Part shown: positions 17,193 through 26,381 of the stretch, piece by piece
Position numbering within the stretch: the first letter of the stretch is position 1
How the letters are laid out: every line of letters begins with the position of its first letter
Assembly: GCA_015486535.1 (NCBI GenBank)
Contig: WFRK01000005.1
Location: 1-37,075 of the forward strand
Direction of reading: 5' to 3'
DNA from: Candidatus Microgenomates bacterium
Lineage (GTDB): Bacteria; Patescibacteriota; Microgenomatia; UBA1400; PJMF01
Length of the DNA: 37,075 nt
Notes under the pieces: model-generated
Told to the model about the DNA's origin: nothing
Seen by the model: the letters and a program-made list of their open reading frames with translations, nothing else
Database searches by the model: none
Program-made: the position numbers and the translations under genes

Positions 17193-19007
17193 ATGGTAAA
17201 ATTTGGTTTATTAAAACACACTTCTCGATCTCAACGAGAAAGACACTCAACGGCGGTGGACCAAGGTAGGTTCCCCTTAATTTTCCTTATCTTTTTGTTT
17301 TTATTCTTGGCTGTGATTGTGAGACTGTTTTACTGGCAGGTCATTAAGGCAAAAGAGCTGAGCCAACTGGCAAAAAAACAATACCAGCGTCAACTAATTC
17401 AAACTGGTCAAAGAGGAAATATTTATACCGCTGATGGCTATATTCTGGCTACGAATACACCCGCCTTCCGCCTGTTTGCTCAACCAAAATTAATTCCCGC
17501 CGCCCAAAAAAAGCCTTTAGCCGAAAAACTGGCAAAAATTTTATTTGCTTTTGATAATAAAGACAATCCTACTCCAAAAACCGATACAGAGAAAAAGGCA
17601 ACCATTGAGGCACTTAAGAAAAAATTATTGACTAAGTTAGAACAACCAAAAAGTTGGATCAGTCTTTATTTGAATTTGAATGAAGCGACAAAAGAAAAAA
17701 TCAGTCAACTTCATGTTAAACAGCTTGGATTCGACCAATACAGTAAGCGCATTTATCCTGAAGCGTCAATGGCAGCCCAAATTGTTGGTTTTGTCGGTAA
17801 AAATAAAGCCGGAGAGGATACCGGTTATTTCGGGATTGAGGGAGGCATGAATAAAGAACTTGCCGGCCGAAAAATGAAAAAAACTTTCCTCACCGATGCC
17901 CTTGGTTTGATCATTTCCAGTTCAGGATTGAATCAACCATCACTTGATGGCCGCGATGTCATTTTAACTATTAGACGTGATTTACAACATATCGCCGAAG
18001 TACACCTGGCTGCCGGGATTAAAAAATATGGCGCTGAGAGAGGCGAAATTGTCATTGCTGATCCCCAAACAGGGGCGATTCTAGCCGATGCCGTTTGGCC
18101 TAGCTTTGATCCAAATAAATTTTGGCAATTCCCCAGTTCAAGCTATCGCAATCCTTCATTAGTCGACAGCTATGAACCGGGATCGACTTTCAAAACTCTG
18201 ACCGTTGCCAGCGGACTTGACGCCCAGGTAATTCAACCGAACACACCTTGCACTCGCTGTAGTGGTCCGCGAAAGATCGATAAATACACCATTCGCACAT
18301 GGAATGATCAATACCATCCGCAAATCAGTGTCACTCAAGCTCTAGCCAAATCGGATAATATTGCGATGATTTTTATCGCTGAAAAATTGGGTACCCAAAG
18401 ATTAAAAGCTTATCTCCATCGCTTTGCTATCGGTCAAGCATTAAATATCGATCTGCAAGGAGATCATTCGACTCCTTTTCCTAAAAGATGGGGACATGTT
18501 GAACTAGCAACAATTTCTTTTGGTCAAGGCATTGTCACCACCAGCCTCCAATTGGTGAGGGCGGTTGCAAGTTTGGCCAATCATGGTGTTTTAATGCAAC
18601 CGCTAATCGTTTCTCAGGTAAAAGACAAAACTAGCGGAGAAACAATCACCATCCGCCCAAAAAAAATTCGTCAAGTAGTCCAACCAGAAACGGCCGCCAA
18701 GATGGTCAAGATGATGATTGAGTCAGCGATGCATGGAGAAGCGCAATGGACTGCATCTAAAGATCATTGGGTCGCTGGTAAAACTGGTACAAGCCAAGTT
18801 GCTCAAGGTGGTAAATATGCCAATGATCAAACAATCGCCACCTTCATCGCTTTTGCTCCACCAGACAAACCCCAATTCATTATGTTAGTGAAACTGGTGG
18901 CACCCAGATCATCACCTTGGGCGGCAGAAACGGCCGCACCACTCTGGTTTCAAACTGCCAAGGATGTCTATTTAGCTTTGGGTATCCCTCCGGATAGAGA
19001 AAACTAA
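17193..19007 (+). CDS. ftsI: Class B penicillin-binding protein (FtsI/PBP3-type transpeptidase)
   Basis: TM anchor, 'RGNIYTADG..LA', 'RIYPEASMAAQIVGFV', SxxK 'EPGSTFK', SxN 'SDN' and KTG 'AGKTGTSQ'. Confidence 0.93.
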   Translation: MVKFGLLKHTSRSQRERHSTAVDQGRFPLIFLIFLFLFLAVIVRLFYWQVIKAKELSQLAKKQYQRQLIQTGQRGNIYTADGYILATNTPAFRLFAQPKLIPAAQKKPLAEKLAKILFAFDNKDNPTPKTDTEKKATIEALKKKLLTKLEQPKSWISLYLNLNEATKEKISQLHVKQLGFDQYSKRIYPEASMAAQIVGFVGKNKAGEDTGYFGIEGGMNKELAGRKMKKTFLTDALGLIISSSGLNQPSLDGRDVILTIRRDLQHIAEVHLAAGIKKYGAERGEIVIADPQTGAILADAVWPSFDPNKFWQFPSSSYRNPSLVDSYEPGSTFKTLTVASGLDAQVIQPNTPCTRCSGPRKIDKYTIRTWNDQYHPQISVTQALAKSDNIAMIFIAEKLGTQRLKAYLHRFAIGQALNIDLQGDHSTPFPKRWGHVELATISFGQGIVTTSLQLVRAVASLANHGVLMQPLIVSQVKDKTSGETITIRPKKIRQVVQPETAAKMVKMMIESAMHGEAQWTASKDHWVAGKTGTSQVAQGGKYANDQTIATFIAFAPPDKPQFIMLVKLVAPRSSPWAAETAAPLWFQTAKDVYLALGIPPDREN

Positions 19008-19050
19008 TTATTTTCCAAAAATGAGCTTAACTTTTATATAAGCTCGGGGC

Positions 19051-19079
19051 ATGACAAGTGTTTCTATCCTTGATATAAT
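19051..19079 (+). promoter_or_regulatory. Near-consensus sigma70 promoter upstream of murE
   Basis: ATGACA (19051-56), N17, TATAAT (19074-79) with a TG extension (19071-72). Preceded by the hairpin GAGCTTA-N9-TAAGCTC (19023-19045). Confidence 0.65.
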
Positions 19080-19090
19080 GCGATCAGTTT

Positions 19091-20308
19091 ATGCAATTTT
19101 TGATTTATCGGGTCAAGCATTGGTGGCATTTTTTCAAAACTGGTTTATTACAGGCTTTACCTGCCATCATCCATAACCATTTTCCTCAACGACAACTCAA
19201 GTTGATTGCGATCACCGGTACCGATGGCAAAACTACCAGTGCCACTCTTCTTTATCATGTGCTAAAGACAGCCGGTTTTCGCGTTGGTTTGGTGACTACT
19301 GTTTCCGCTTATATTGGCGATCAACAGGTACCAACCGGCTTTCATGTAACAACGCCGCAACCGAAACAGCTCTACCGCTTTTTAGCCCAAGCCAGAGATA
19401 AGGGCATAGACTACATGGTGCTGGAGATCACCTCTCACGGGCATTATCAATTTCGCGATTTTGGTCTGCGATTTAAATTGGCGGGACTGACAAATATCAG
19501 TCACGAGCATCTTGATTATCATCTTAATCTAGCCGAATATGCGCGGGTTAAGCTGGCAATTCTTCAATCTGCTCAACAAGTAGTTTTAAATGAAATGGAC
19601 AGTTATTTTAATCTTTTCAAAAAATCGCTCGGTCGCAAAGTAATCGCAACTTATTCTTCTCGAAGCTATCTGCCTCTTGAAGTAAAGCAGGCAATGGAGC
19701 AACGCTTCCCAGAGAAGTTTAATCGTCTCAATGCTCGTTTAGTCTATGAGCTAGCACGTCTGTTGTCAGTCGAAACAGACTTAATTGCTCAAGGTTTTAA
19801 AACATTTCCAGTTGTTCCCGGTCGAATGGAGCTAATCACTAATCGGCGCCAGTTGCATGTTTATATTGATTTTGCTCATACACCCAATGGTCTGAAAGCA
19901 AGTTTGTCTGCCTTAAAACAAATTATGCGCCAAAAAGGTGACTCACAACGACGACTAATCGCTGTTTTTGGGGCGGCGAGCAAACGCGATCTGACTAAAC
20001 GTCCCCTGATGGGTAAAATTGCCACTCAATTAGCCGATCTGGTGGTCCTGACTGCTGAAGATCCACGTTACGAAAATGTCTGGTCAATCATTCGTCAAAT
20101 TAAGTCTGGGGTTACCAGCGGACATGATAAAATCGCTTCCATCGCTGATCGACGAAAAGCAATTTATTTTGCGATCAATCGGTTAGCAGAGAAAGGTGAT
20201 TACATTGTTATTCTCGGTAAGGGTCATGAAAAAAGTATCAATTATGGGGGACGGGAATACCCTTGGAGTGATCGTCAAGTGGCGGAAGAGGCGTTAGCCC
20301 AATATTAA
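19091..20308 (+). CDS. murE: UDP-N-acetylmuramoyl-tripeptide synthetase MurE (short N-terminus)
   Basis: 'IAITGTDGKTT', 'HVTTP', 'LEITSH', 'TNISHEHLDYH', 'PGRME', 'DFAHTPNGL', 'RD.TKRPLMG', 'TAEDPRYE' and 'GKGHE'. Confidence 0.9.
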   Translation: MQFLIYRVKHWWHFFKTGLLQALPAIIHNHFPQRQLKLIAITGTDGKTTSATLLYHVLKTAGFRVGLVTTVSAYIGDQQVPTGFHVTTPQPKQLYRFLAQARDKGIDYMVLEITSHGHYQFRDFGLRFKLAGLTNISHEHLDYHLNLAEYARVKLAILQSAQQVVLNEMDSYFNLFKKSLGRKVIATYSSRSYLPLEVKQAMEQRFPEKFNRLNARLVYELARLLSVETDLIAQGFKTFPVVPGRMELITNRRQLHVYIDFAHTPNGLKASLSALKQIMRQKGDSQRRLIAVFGAASKRDLTKRPLMGKIATQLADLVVLTAEDPRYENVWSIIRQIKSGVTSGHDKIASIADRRKAIYFAINRLAEKGDYIVILGKGHEKSINYGGREYPWSDRQVAEEALAQY

Positions 20309-20363
20309 TAAGAAACGAACTATTCTTCAAGGTTAGACCAAACGATCAAAGAAATCAAAATCA

Positions 20364-22817
20364 ATGTTAAAAAAATTTAATCGATTTTATTTCGTGGGGG
20401 TCACCGGCGTCGGTATGGCTGCCTTAGCCCAAGTGTTAAAAACTATGGGTAAACAAGTTTCCGGTTGGGATGTGGCAAATTGCTTTGTCACTCAAGCTAT
20501 TTTGGCAAAACAAAAAATTCCCGTCACCGTTTCAGCCAGCGATCAAGCTGAACTACCAGATGAAACAGAAGTGGTTATTTATACCGGTGCTCACAACGGA
20601 AAACAAAATCGATTGGTACAAGAAGCAATTAAACGACAATTGCCAATTTATACTCATGCTCAAGCATTGGCTGAGTTATTCAACTCAAAGAAAGGAGTTG
20701 CCGTTTGCGGCGTGGGTGGTAAAAGCACTACTTCGGCTATGCTCGCGTTTTTAACTTGGAAACTGAAACAAAAGGCCGCTTTTCAGGTGGGAGTAGGAGA
20801 GATCATTGGATTGAACTACACAGGATTTTGGTCTGATGAAGCAGAATTTTTCATTAGTGAAGCAGATGAATACGCCCAAAACCCTTTAGCGGTGAAACAA
20901 AAACGAGAAAAACTCATTCCGCGTTTTCACTATCTTCGACCTTATGTGACAATTGTCACCAATTTACAGTTTGATCATCCCGATGTTTATCATGATTTTA
21001 ATCAAACTCAAGCTGTTTTTTATCAGTTCTTTCAGCAAATCAAGCCTCAGGGATACTTAATCTATAATCAATTTGATCCCCAATTAGTAAAATTAACTGA
21101 TCAATTAAAACAAATTCGACCGGATATTCAACTGATTGGTTTTGGCCGCGGTGAGACAATCAGCTTGTCTTTACCTGGCGCTCATTTTCGACGAGATGCG
21201 GCGGCGGCCGTCGCCGCCAGCGAGATTATTGGTCTACCTCGCGCCAAAGTCCTCAAAACACTGAAGCAATTTCGTTCAACCGGCCGCCGCTTTGAACAAA
21301 AAATAAAAGCGAAAAATTTTATTGGTTATGATGACTACGCCCATCACCCGAGTGAGATTAAAGCAACCATCAGCGCTTTGCGCCAAACTTATCCTCATCA
21401 CCAATTGACGATCGCCTTTCAACCTCACACATTCAGTCGCACTCAAGCATTGCTGAATGAATTTGCTCAAAGTCTTTTAGCGGCGGATCGCATTGTTCTA
21501 TTGCCGATTTTCACTTCAGCAAGAGAAAAAAAAGGTCAAGTAAAGATTGAAGATTTAGCCCAGAAAATCAATCAATTGGCTAAAGATAAACCGGTTGAAG
21601 TGATGACAATTAATCAATTAAGCGATCGTATTGGGTCAATGCAAAAAAGTCACACTCCTCAGGTATTGGCGACTTTAGGCGCAGGCGATATTTACCAAGC
21701 TTGGGAAACGACACCGGCTATCAAACTTAAAAATGCTTTTCCTCGATTAGATTTTAAATTTAACGAACCACTCGGCCGACATATCCATCTTGGCATTGGT
21801 GGTCCGGCAGAAATTTTTTGGGAAGCAAAGAAACAGACCGAATTAACCAAAGTGATTCAATTTGCCCGAAAAATCAATTTACCTCTTACTATTTTGGGCT
21901 GGGGCAGTAATGTTCTCATTGCTGACCAAGGTCTAAAAGGTCTGGTGATTCAGAATCGTGTCAGTCAAATCAGCTTAGTTAATGAAGCAACCAGCAAAAA
22001 ATTTCTTCATCAGAGAGATGAACTCAAACCATCAACCAGGCAAGATAGTCGTTGGCAAGATTGGCAGAAAGAACGACAGAGATCAAAAGAATCCCAAAAT
22101 TTAGCCTTAAACAAAGATGTCAAAAGCAAGCCTGTTTACCTGCGTTGCGCCGCCGGCACCGTCTTAGCCTTAGCCATTAATTGGTCAATCGCACATGGTC
22201 TACTCGGCTTGCATCATTATATAAAAATCCCCGGTACTATCGGCGGCGCCATCGTCAATAATATTCACGGTGGAGAACATTTAATCAGCGAACTAGTGGC
22301 GGCAGTTGAGATTATTGATCAAACAGGCAAGATTAAACTTCTCCAACCGAATCAGTTGGAGTTTGCCTATGATTATTCAAGATTCCACCATCAAGCGGAA
22401 ATTATTAGTCAAGTGTATCTCAAACTTCACCGTGGTAATCAAAATCAACTTAAATCCGCCCAAGAAAAAATGAAACAAATGTTGCAGGTCAAACAAAAAC
22501 AAACCTTCAAAAGTTTGGGCTGCGTTTGGCAAAACCTTGATCAAGAAACACAGTTAAAACACAATCTGCCGCATCCATCTGTCGGTTATCTACTTGACAA
22601 AGTACTCAATCTAAAAAATTTGGCGGTTAACGGTGCGCGAGTGAGTGAGAAACATGCTGCGTTTATTACTGTGTCGGCCGAAACAAAAGCGGCCGACTAT
22701 CTCAGTCTAATGAAAAAAATTAAACGTATCACCAACGCGAAATTGGGCATCAAACTAAAACCGGAGATTTTCTTTCTCGGCTTTACTAATAAGACATTAG
22801 CGACGATAATGGATTAA
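20364..22817 (+). CDS. murC-murB: MurC-MurB fusion (UDP-MurNAc--L-Ala ligase plus UDP-GlcNAc-enolpyruvate reductase)
   Basis: N-terminal ~450 aa: 'FVGVTGVGMAALA', 'GGKSTTS', 'EADEY', 'RRFE', 'DDYAHHPSEI', 'FQPHTFSRT', 'GAGDI'. C-terminal part: 'NEPL...LGIGGPAE', 'LGWGSNVLIADQG', 'IPGTIGGAI', 'FAYDYSRF', 'SLGCVWQN', 'VSEKHAAFI', 'LKPEI'. Confidence 0.92.
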   Translation: MLKKFNRFYFVGVTGVGMAALAQVLKTMGKQVSGWDVANCFVTQAILAKQKIPVTVSASDQAELPDETEVVIYTGAHNGKQNRLVQEAIKRQLPIYTHAQALAELFNSKKGVAVCGVGGKSTTSAMLAFLTWKLKQKAAFQVGVGEIIGLNYTGFWSDEAEFFISEADEYAQNPLAVKQKREKLIPRFHYLRPYVTIVTNLQFDHPDVYHDFNQTQAVFYQFFQQIKPQGYLIYNQFDPQLVKLTDQLKQIRPDIQLIGFGRGETISLSLPGAHFRRDAAAAVAASEIIGLPRAKVLKTLKQFRSTGRRFEQKIKAKNFIGYDDYAHHPSEIKATISALRQTYPHHQLTIAFQPHTFSRTQALLNEFAQSLLAADRIVLLPIFTSAREKKGQVKIEDLAQKINQLAKDKPVEVMTINQLSDRIGSMQKSHTPQVLATLGAGDIYQAWETTPAIKLKNAFPRLDFKFNEPLGRHIHLGIGGPAEIFWEAKKQTELTKVIQFARKINLPLTILGWGSNVLIADQGLKGLVIQNRVSQISLVNEATSKKFLHQRDELKPSTRQDSRWQDWQKERQRSKESQNLALNKDVKSKPVYLRCAAGTVLALAINWSIAHGLLGLHHYIKIPGTIGGAIVNNIHGGEHLISELVAAVEIIDQTGKIKLLQPNQLEFAYDYSRFHHQAEIISQVYLKLHRGNQNQLKSAQEKMKQMLQVKQKQTFKSLGCVWQNLDQETQLKHNLPHPSVGYLLDKVLNLKNLAVNGARVSEKHAAFITVSAETKAADYLSLMKKIKRITNAKLGIKLKPEIFFLGFTNKTLATIMD

Positions 22818-22820
22818 ATT

Positions 22821-24149
22821 ATGCCAATACTGCATATTAAAGGTGGTGTGCCCCTAGTGGGATCTGTGCGTATCGGTGGAGCCAAGAACGCCTCTTTCAA
22901 GCTAATGATTGCCGCTCTTCTTGCTCAGGGAGAGTCGCGCCTGCTCAATTTCTCTCGGATTAGTGATGTAGAGACCGTTGCTCAAATTATTCAGAGTTTG
23001 GGAGCAAAAATTAAACGAGCCGGAGAGAGAGCTATCTTTATTTATCCTGATAGCTTGAATAATTTTGCCATTGACGCCGATAAAGGGGGACAAGGTCGTT
23101 TTTCCACTATCTTTATTCCGGTTTTACTGCACCGTTTCAAACGAGCCATCGTTCCAGCTCCCGGAGGAGACAAAATTGGCAAACGACCACTCGACCGTCA
23201 TCTCCAAGGTCTTCGTGCTCTCGGGGCTAAGATTAAGGAGAAAGATGGCCTTTATTTCGTCGAAGCGCCAACAGGTTTAACCGGCACTCATTATCGTTTT
23301 GTCAAAAACAGCCATACCGGTACCGAAACTTTGATTCTGGCAGCCGTTTTAGCCCGCGGTACAACTATCTTAGAAAATGCGGCCCTTGAACCGGAAATAG
23401 ATGACCTGATTACTTATCTGAATCGGATGGGAGCAAAAATTGAACGCCAGCCACAACGCATTATCAAAATTGAAGGCGTCACCCATTTACGTGGTACAAT
23501 CCATAAAATTATTCCTGATCGGAATGAGGCCGTTTCTTATGCCACCATTGCTTTGGCCACCAAGGGAGATGTGATTATTGAGAACGCTCGCGCCGATCAT
23601 TTGCAAGCTTTTCTGGCTGCGCTTGATCAAGCCGGCGCCGGTTATGAAATTGCTCCTTATGGCATTCGATTTTATTATCGTCAACCGCTCCAAGCAACTC
23701 AAATTAGTACCGCTATTGAACCGGGATTTATGACCGACTGGCAGCCGCTCTGGGGCACATTAATGACCCAAGCTCAAGGTAAAAGCACTATTCACGAAAC
23801 AGTCATGCTTGATCGTTTCGGTTACGTTGAATCGTTAAAACAAATGGGCGCTAAAATTACTCGTTTCCAACCAAAAATCACTCAACCAAATCAAGTTTAC
23901 AATTTTAACTTAAGCAACGACCAACCTCAACTAAAACATGCCATTGAAATCAAGGGTCCAACAGAGTTACGCGCCGGCAAGTTTGCGGTAAAGGATCTCC
24001 GTCATGGCGCGAGTTTGGTCATGGCGGCCATGCTGGCCAAAGGTGCTTCAACCATCTATAATGTAGACCAGATTGATCGGGGCTATGAGAATCTCGCCGG
24101 TCGTCTTTGTTCCATGGGAGCTCAAATCAAGCGCATTAACCTAACTTGA
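22821..24149 (+). CDS. murA: UDP-N-acetylglucosamine 1-carboxyvinyltransferase MurA (Asp-type)
   Basis: 'GGAKNA', 'PGGDKIGKRPLDRHL.GL.ALGA', 'NAALEPEI', 'IPDRNEA', 'PGFMTDWQ', 'DLRHGASL' and 'IDRGYE'. Confidence 0.96.
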   Translation: MPILHIKGGVPLVGSVRIGGAKNASFKLMIAALLAQGESRLLNFSRISDVETVAQIIQSLGAKIKRAGERAIFIYPDSLNNFAIDADKGGQGRFSTIFIPVLLHRFKRAIVPAPGGDKIGKRPLDRHLQGLRALGAKIKEKDGLYFVEAPTGLTGTHYRFVKNSHTGTETLILAAVLARGTTILENAALEPEIDDLITYLNRMGAKIERQPQRIIKIEGVTHLRGTIHKIIPDRNEAVSYATIALATKGDVIIENARADHLQAFLAALDQAGAGYEIAPYGIRFYYRQPLQATQISTAIEPGFMTDWQPLWGTLMTQAQGKSTIHETVMLDRFGYVESLKQMGAKITRFQPKITQPNQVYNFNLSNDQPQLKHAIEIKGPTELRAGKFAVKDLRHGASLVMAAMLAKGASTIYNVDQIDRGYENLAGRLCSMGAQIKRINLT

Positions 24150-24212
24150 GCAAACCTAGTAATAAAAGTCGTCAACTAATCAAAGATAATCATCTTAGGG
24201 AAATCAGAAACA

Positions 24213-25259
24213 ATGAATCGATCACTTATTCTTTTACTTGGCTTACTGATGTTTTCTTTTTTAATCACCAGTGTTCTAATCGTGCCATTCATCAATTTGC
24301 TCTATAAGTTCAAATTTCAAAAACTAGACAAAAAAAGTAAAGATGCTTTTGGTTTGTCGACGCCGATTTTCAATCAATTTCACCAAAAAAAAATTGGCAT
24401 CCCGATTGGTGGCGGTTTTTTAATCGTACTCATAGTCATTAGCTTATTCGCTTTAATCATGCCCCTTTTGCATTCATTTCATGTCGATGTCACCGCTATT
24501 TATAAATCAAAGAGCGGAGAAATTGGGGTGATTCTGTTTACCTTTATTTCTTTTGCTTTGCTTGGGTTAGTCGACGACCTCAAGAAATTTTTTACTTTCA
24601 AGCATTCGGGTGTTTTTGGTTTGCGCATGCGCCATAAGTTTATTTTAGAATTAATCTTGGCTTTCTTTATCGCTTGTCTACTTTTTTTCCATTTAGGCAT
24701 TTCCATTCTGCATGTGCCTTTCGTTGGCACCTTTAATCTTGGCTGGTTCTATCTACCCTTTGCCGCTTTTGTCATCGTCGCTTTTGCCAACGCAGTCAAT
24801 ATCACCGACGGTTTGGACGGTCTCGCCGCTGGCACGATGATGATTTCACTTTTTGGGCTTTGGTTATTGTCGAGCTCAATTCTTGACATTCCCTTGTCGG
24901 TTTTTATTGCCCTTTGGCTCGGGAGTCTCATTTCTTTCCTTTATTTTAATATTTATCCCGCACGGCTCTTTATGGGTGATGTCGGTTCCTTATCCTTTGG
25001 TGCCACCCTAGCGGTGATTGGTCTGCTTCTGGGTAAACCATTAGCGCTCATTGTCATCGGTTTTATCTTTATCATCGAAATCACCAGCGCTTTTCTTCAG
25101 TTGCTGAGCAAAAAATTCAGGAAAAAACGGATTCTTCCGGCGGCTCCATTTCACTTGACTTTACAGTATCTTGGCTGGGCAGAACCAAAAATCGTTCAAC
25201 GCGCTTGGCTGACCCAAATTATGTTTACTATCCTTGGTGTCTGGCTCGCCGTCCTTTAG
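24213..25259 (+). CDS. mraY: Phospho-N-acetylmuramoyl-pentapeptide transferase MraY
   Basis: About 10 TM; 'KKIGIPIGGG', 'GLVDDLKK', 'NAVNITDGLDGLAAG', 'FNIYPARLFMGDVGSL' and 'APFH...GWAEPKIV.R'; in the dcw cluster. Confidence 0.92.
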   Translation: MNRSLILLLGLLMFSFLITSVLIVPFINLLYKFKFQKLDKKSKDAFGLSTPIFNQFHQKKIGIPIGGGFLIVLIVISLFALIMPLLHSFHVDVTAIYKSKSGEIGVILFTFISFALLGLVDDLKKFFTFKHSGVFGLRMRHKFILELILAFFIACLLFFHLGISILHVPFVGTFNLGWFYLPFAAFVIVAFANAVNITDGLDGLAAGTMMISLFGLWLLSSSILDIPLSVFIALWLGSLISFLYFNIYPARLFMGDVGSLSFGATLAVIGLLLGKPLALIVIGFIFIIEITSAFLQLLSKKFRKKRILPAAPFHLTLQYLGWAEPKIVQRAWLTQIMFTILGVWLAVL

Positions 25260-25268
25260 TTAACTGTC

Positions 25269-26381
25269 ATGAAATTGAAACAACCAACCACTCTTTGGCC
25301 CAGTCTGTTTCTAATTTCACTCAGCCTATTAACGCTCATCGGCGTTTTGTTTGTCTTTGAAGCTTCTTTGGTAGAAAGTTTGACTACCTTTAATAATCAA
25401 TATTACATTATCACACAACATCTTTTAGGTCTTGGTTTGGGTCTGGGTCTATTTTTGCTCGTAAGCCGCTTACCAACAAAACTTTGGTTAAAATTCGCTA
25501 CACCAGTCTACCTGTTTAGTCTCATTCTGCTCCTGGCTACATTCATTCCCGGCATTGGTCTAAAACTCAATGGGGCTCATCGCTGGATTAATTTGAGATT
25601 TGTTCGTTTTCAACCGGTGGAAGCAATCAAGTTCAGTTTAATTTTATTTTTAACTGATCAATTGGCCGGTTTGAAAAATGAAAAAACAAGACTGATTAAG
25701 TTCGTTGTTTTTTTTAGTCTGCCGGCATTAATCATTCTCCTTCAGCCTGATTTAGGTTCGTTACTTTTGGTTGGATTTATTGCGGTTTTAGTTTATTTTC
25801 TCGTTGGAGGTTCAATTAAAAGTTTGATGATTTTAAGCGTCGCTGCTTTGCCACTTGTCATCGCTGCCATTGTTTTCGCTCCTTATAGATTACAGCGCCT
25901 GACCACTTTTCTTCATCCCAATCAAGATATTTTGGGCTCTAGTTTTCATATTCGTCAAATTAGTTTGGCACTTGGGCGCGGCGGTCTGTTCGGTCAGGGA
26001 GTGGGCAATTCAAGGCAAAAATATGCTTATATTCCTGAAGCCGCCACCGACTCAATTTTTGCTATCGTTGCTGAAGAAGTTGGGTTTACCGGTTCACTTT
26101 TCATCTTGACGCTTTATCTGATTTTTTTTGTTAGTGGCCTTAAAATTATCCAAGATGCGCATCAACCTCCAAAAGCCAAACTCATTGGTCAAGGTTTTTT
26201 AATCGCCATCATGGCTCAAGTTTTCTTCAACTTGGGCGCTGTCGTTGGACTTATTCCTTTAACCGGCATGCCTTTGCCATTTTTCTCTTATGGTCGCTCA
26301 TCGCAGATTATGATATGGTTAGCGGCAGCTTATATTTTTAGTTTAACAAGAACAAAAGCGAAATATTTAAAGGCAAAATGA
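25269..26381 (+). CDS. ftsW: SEDS family peptidoglycan glycosyltransferase FtsW
   Basis: 'NGAHRWI', 'FQPVEAIK', 'QPDLGS', 'YRLQRL..FL.P', 'GGLFGQGVGNSRQKYAYIPEAATDSIF' and 'PLTGMPLPFFSYG'; directly upstream of murG. Confidence 0.93.
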   Translation: MKLKQPTTLWPSLFLISLSLLTLIGVLFVFEASLVESLTTFNNQYYIITQHLLGLGLGLGLFLLVSRLPTKLWLKFATPVYLFSLILLLATFIPGIGLKLNGAHRWINLRFVRFQPVEAIKFSLILFLTDQLAGLKNEKTRLIKFVVFFSLPALIILLQPDLGSLLLVGFIAVLVYFLVGGSIKSLMILSVAALPLVIAAIVFAPYRLQRLTTFLHPNQDILGSSFHIRQISLALGRGGLFGQGVGNSRQKYAYIPEAATDSIFAIVAEEVGFTGSLFILTLYLIFFVSGLKIIQDAHQPPKAKLIGQGFLIAIMAQVFFNLGAVVGLIPLTGMPLPFFSYGRSSQIMIWLAAAYIFSLTRTKAKYLKAK

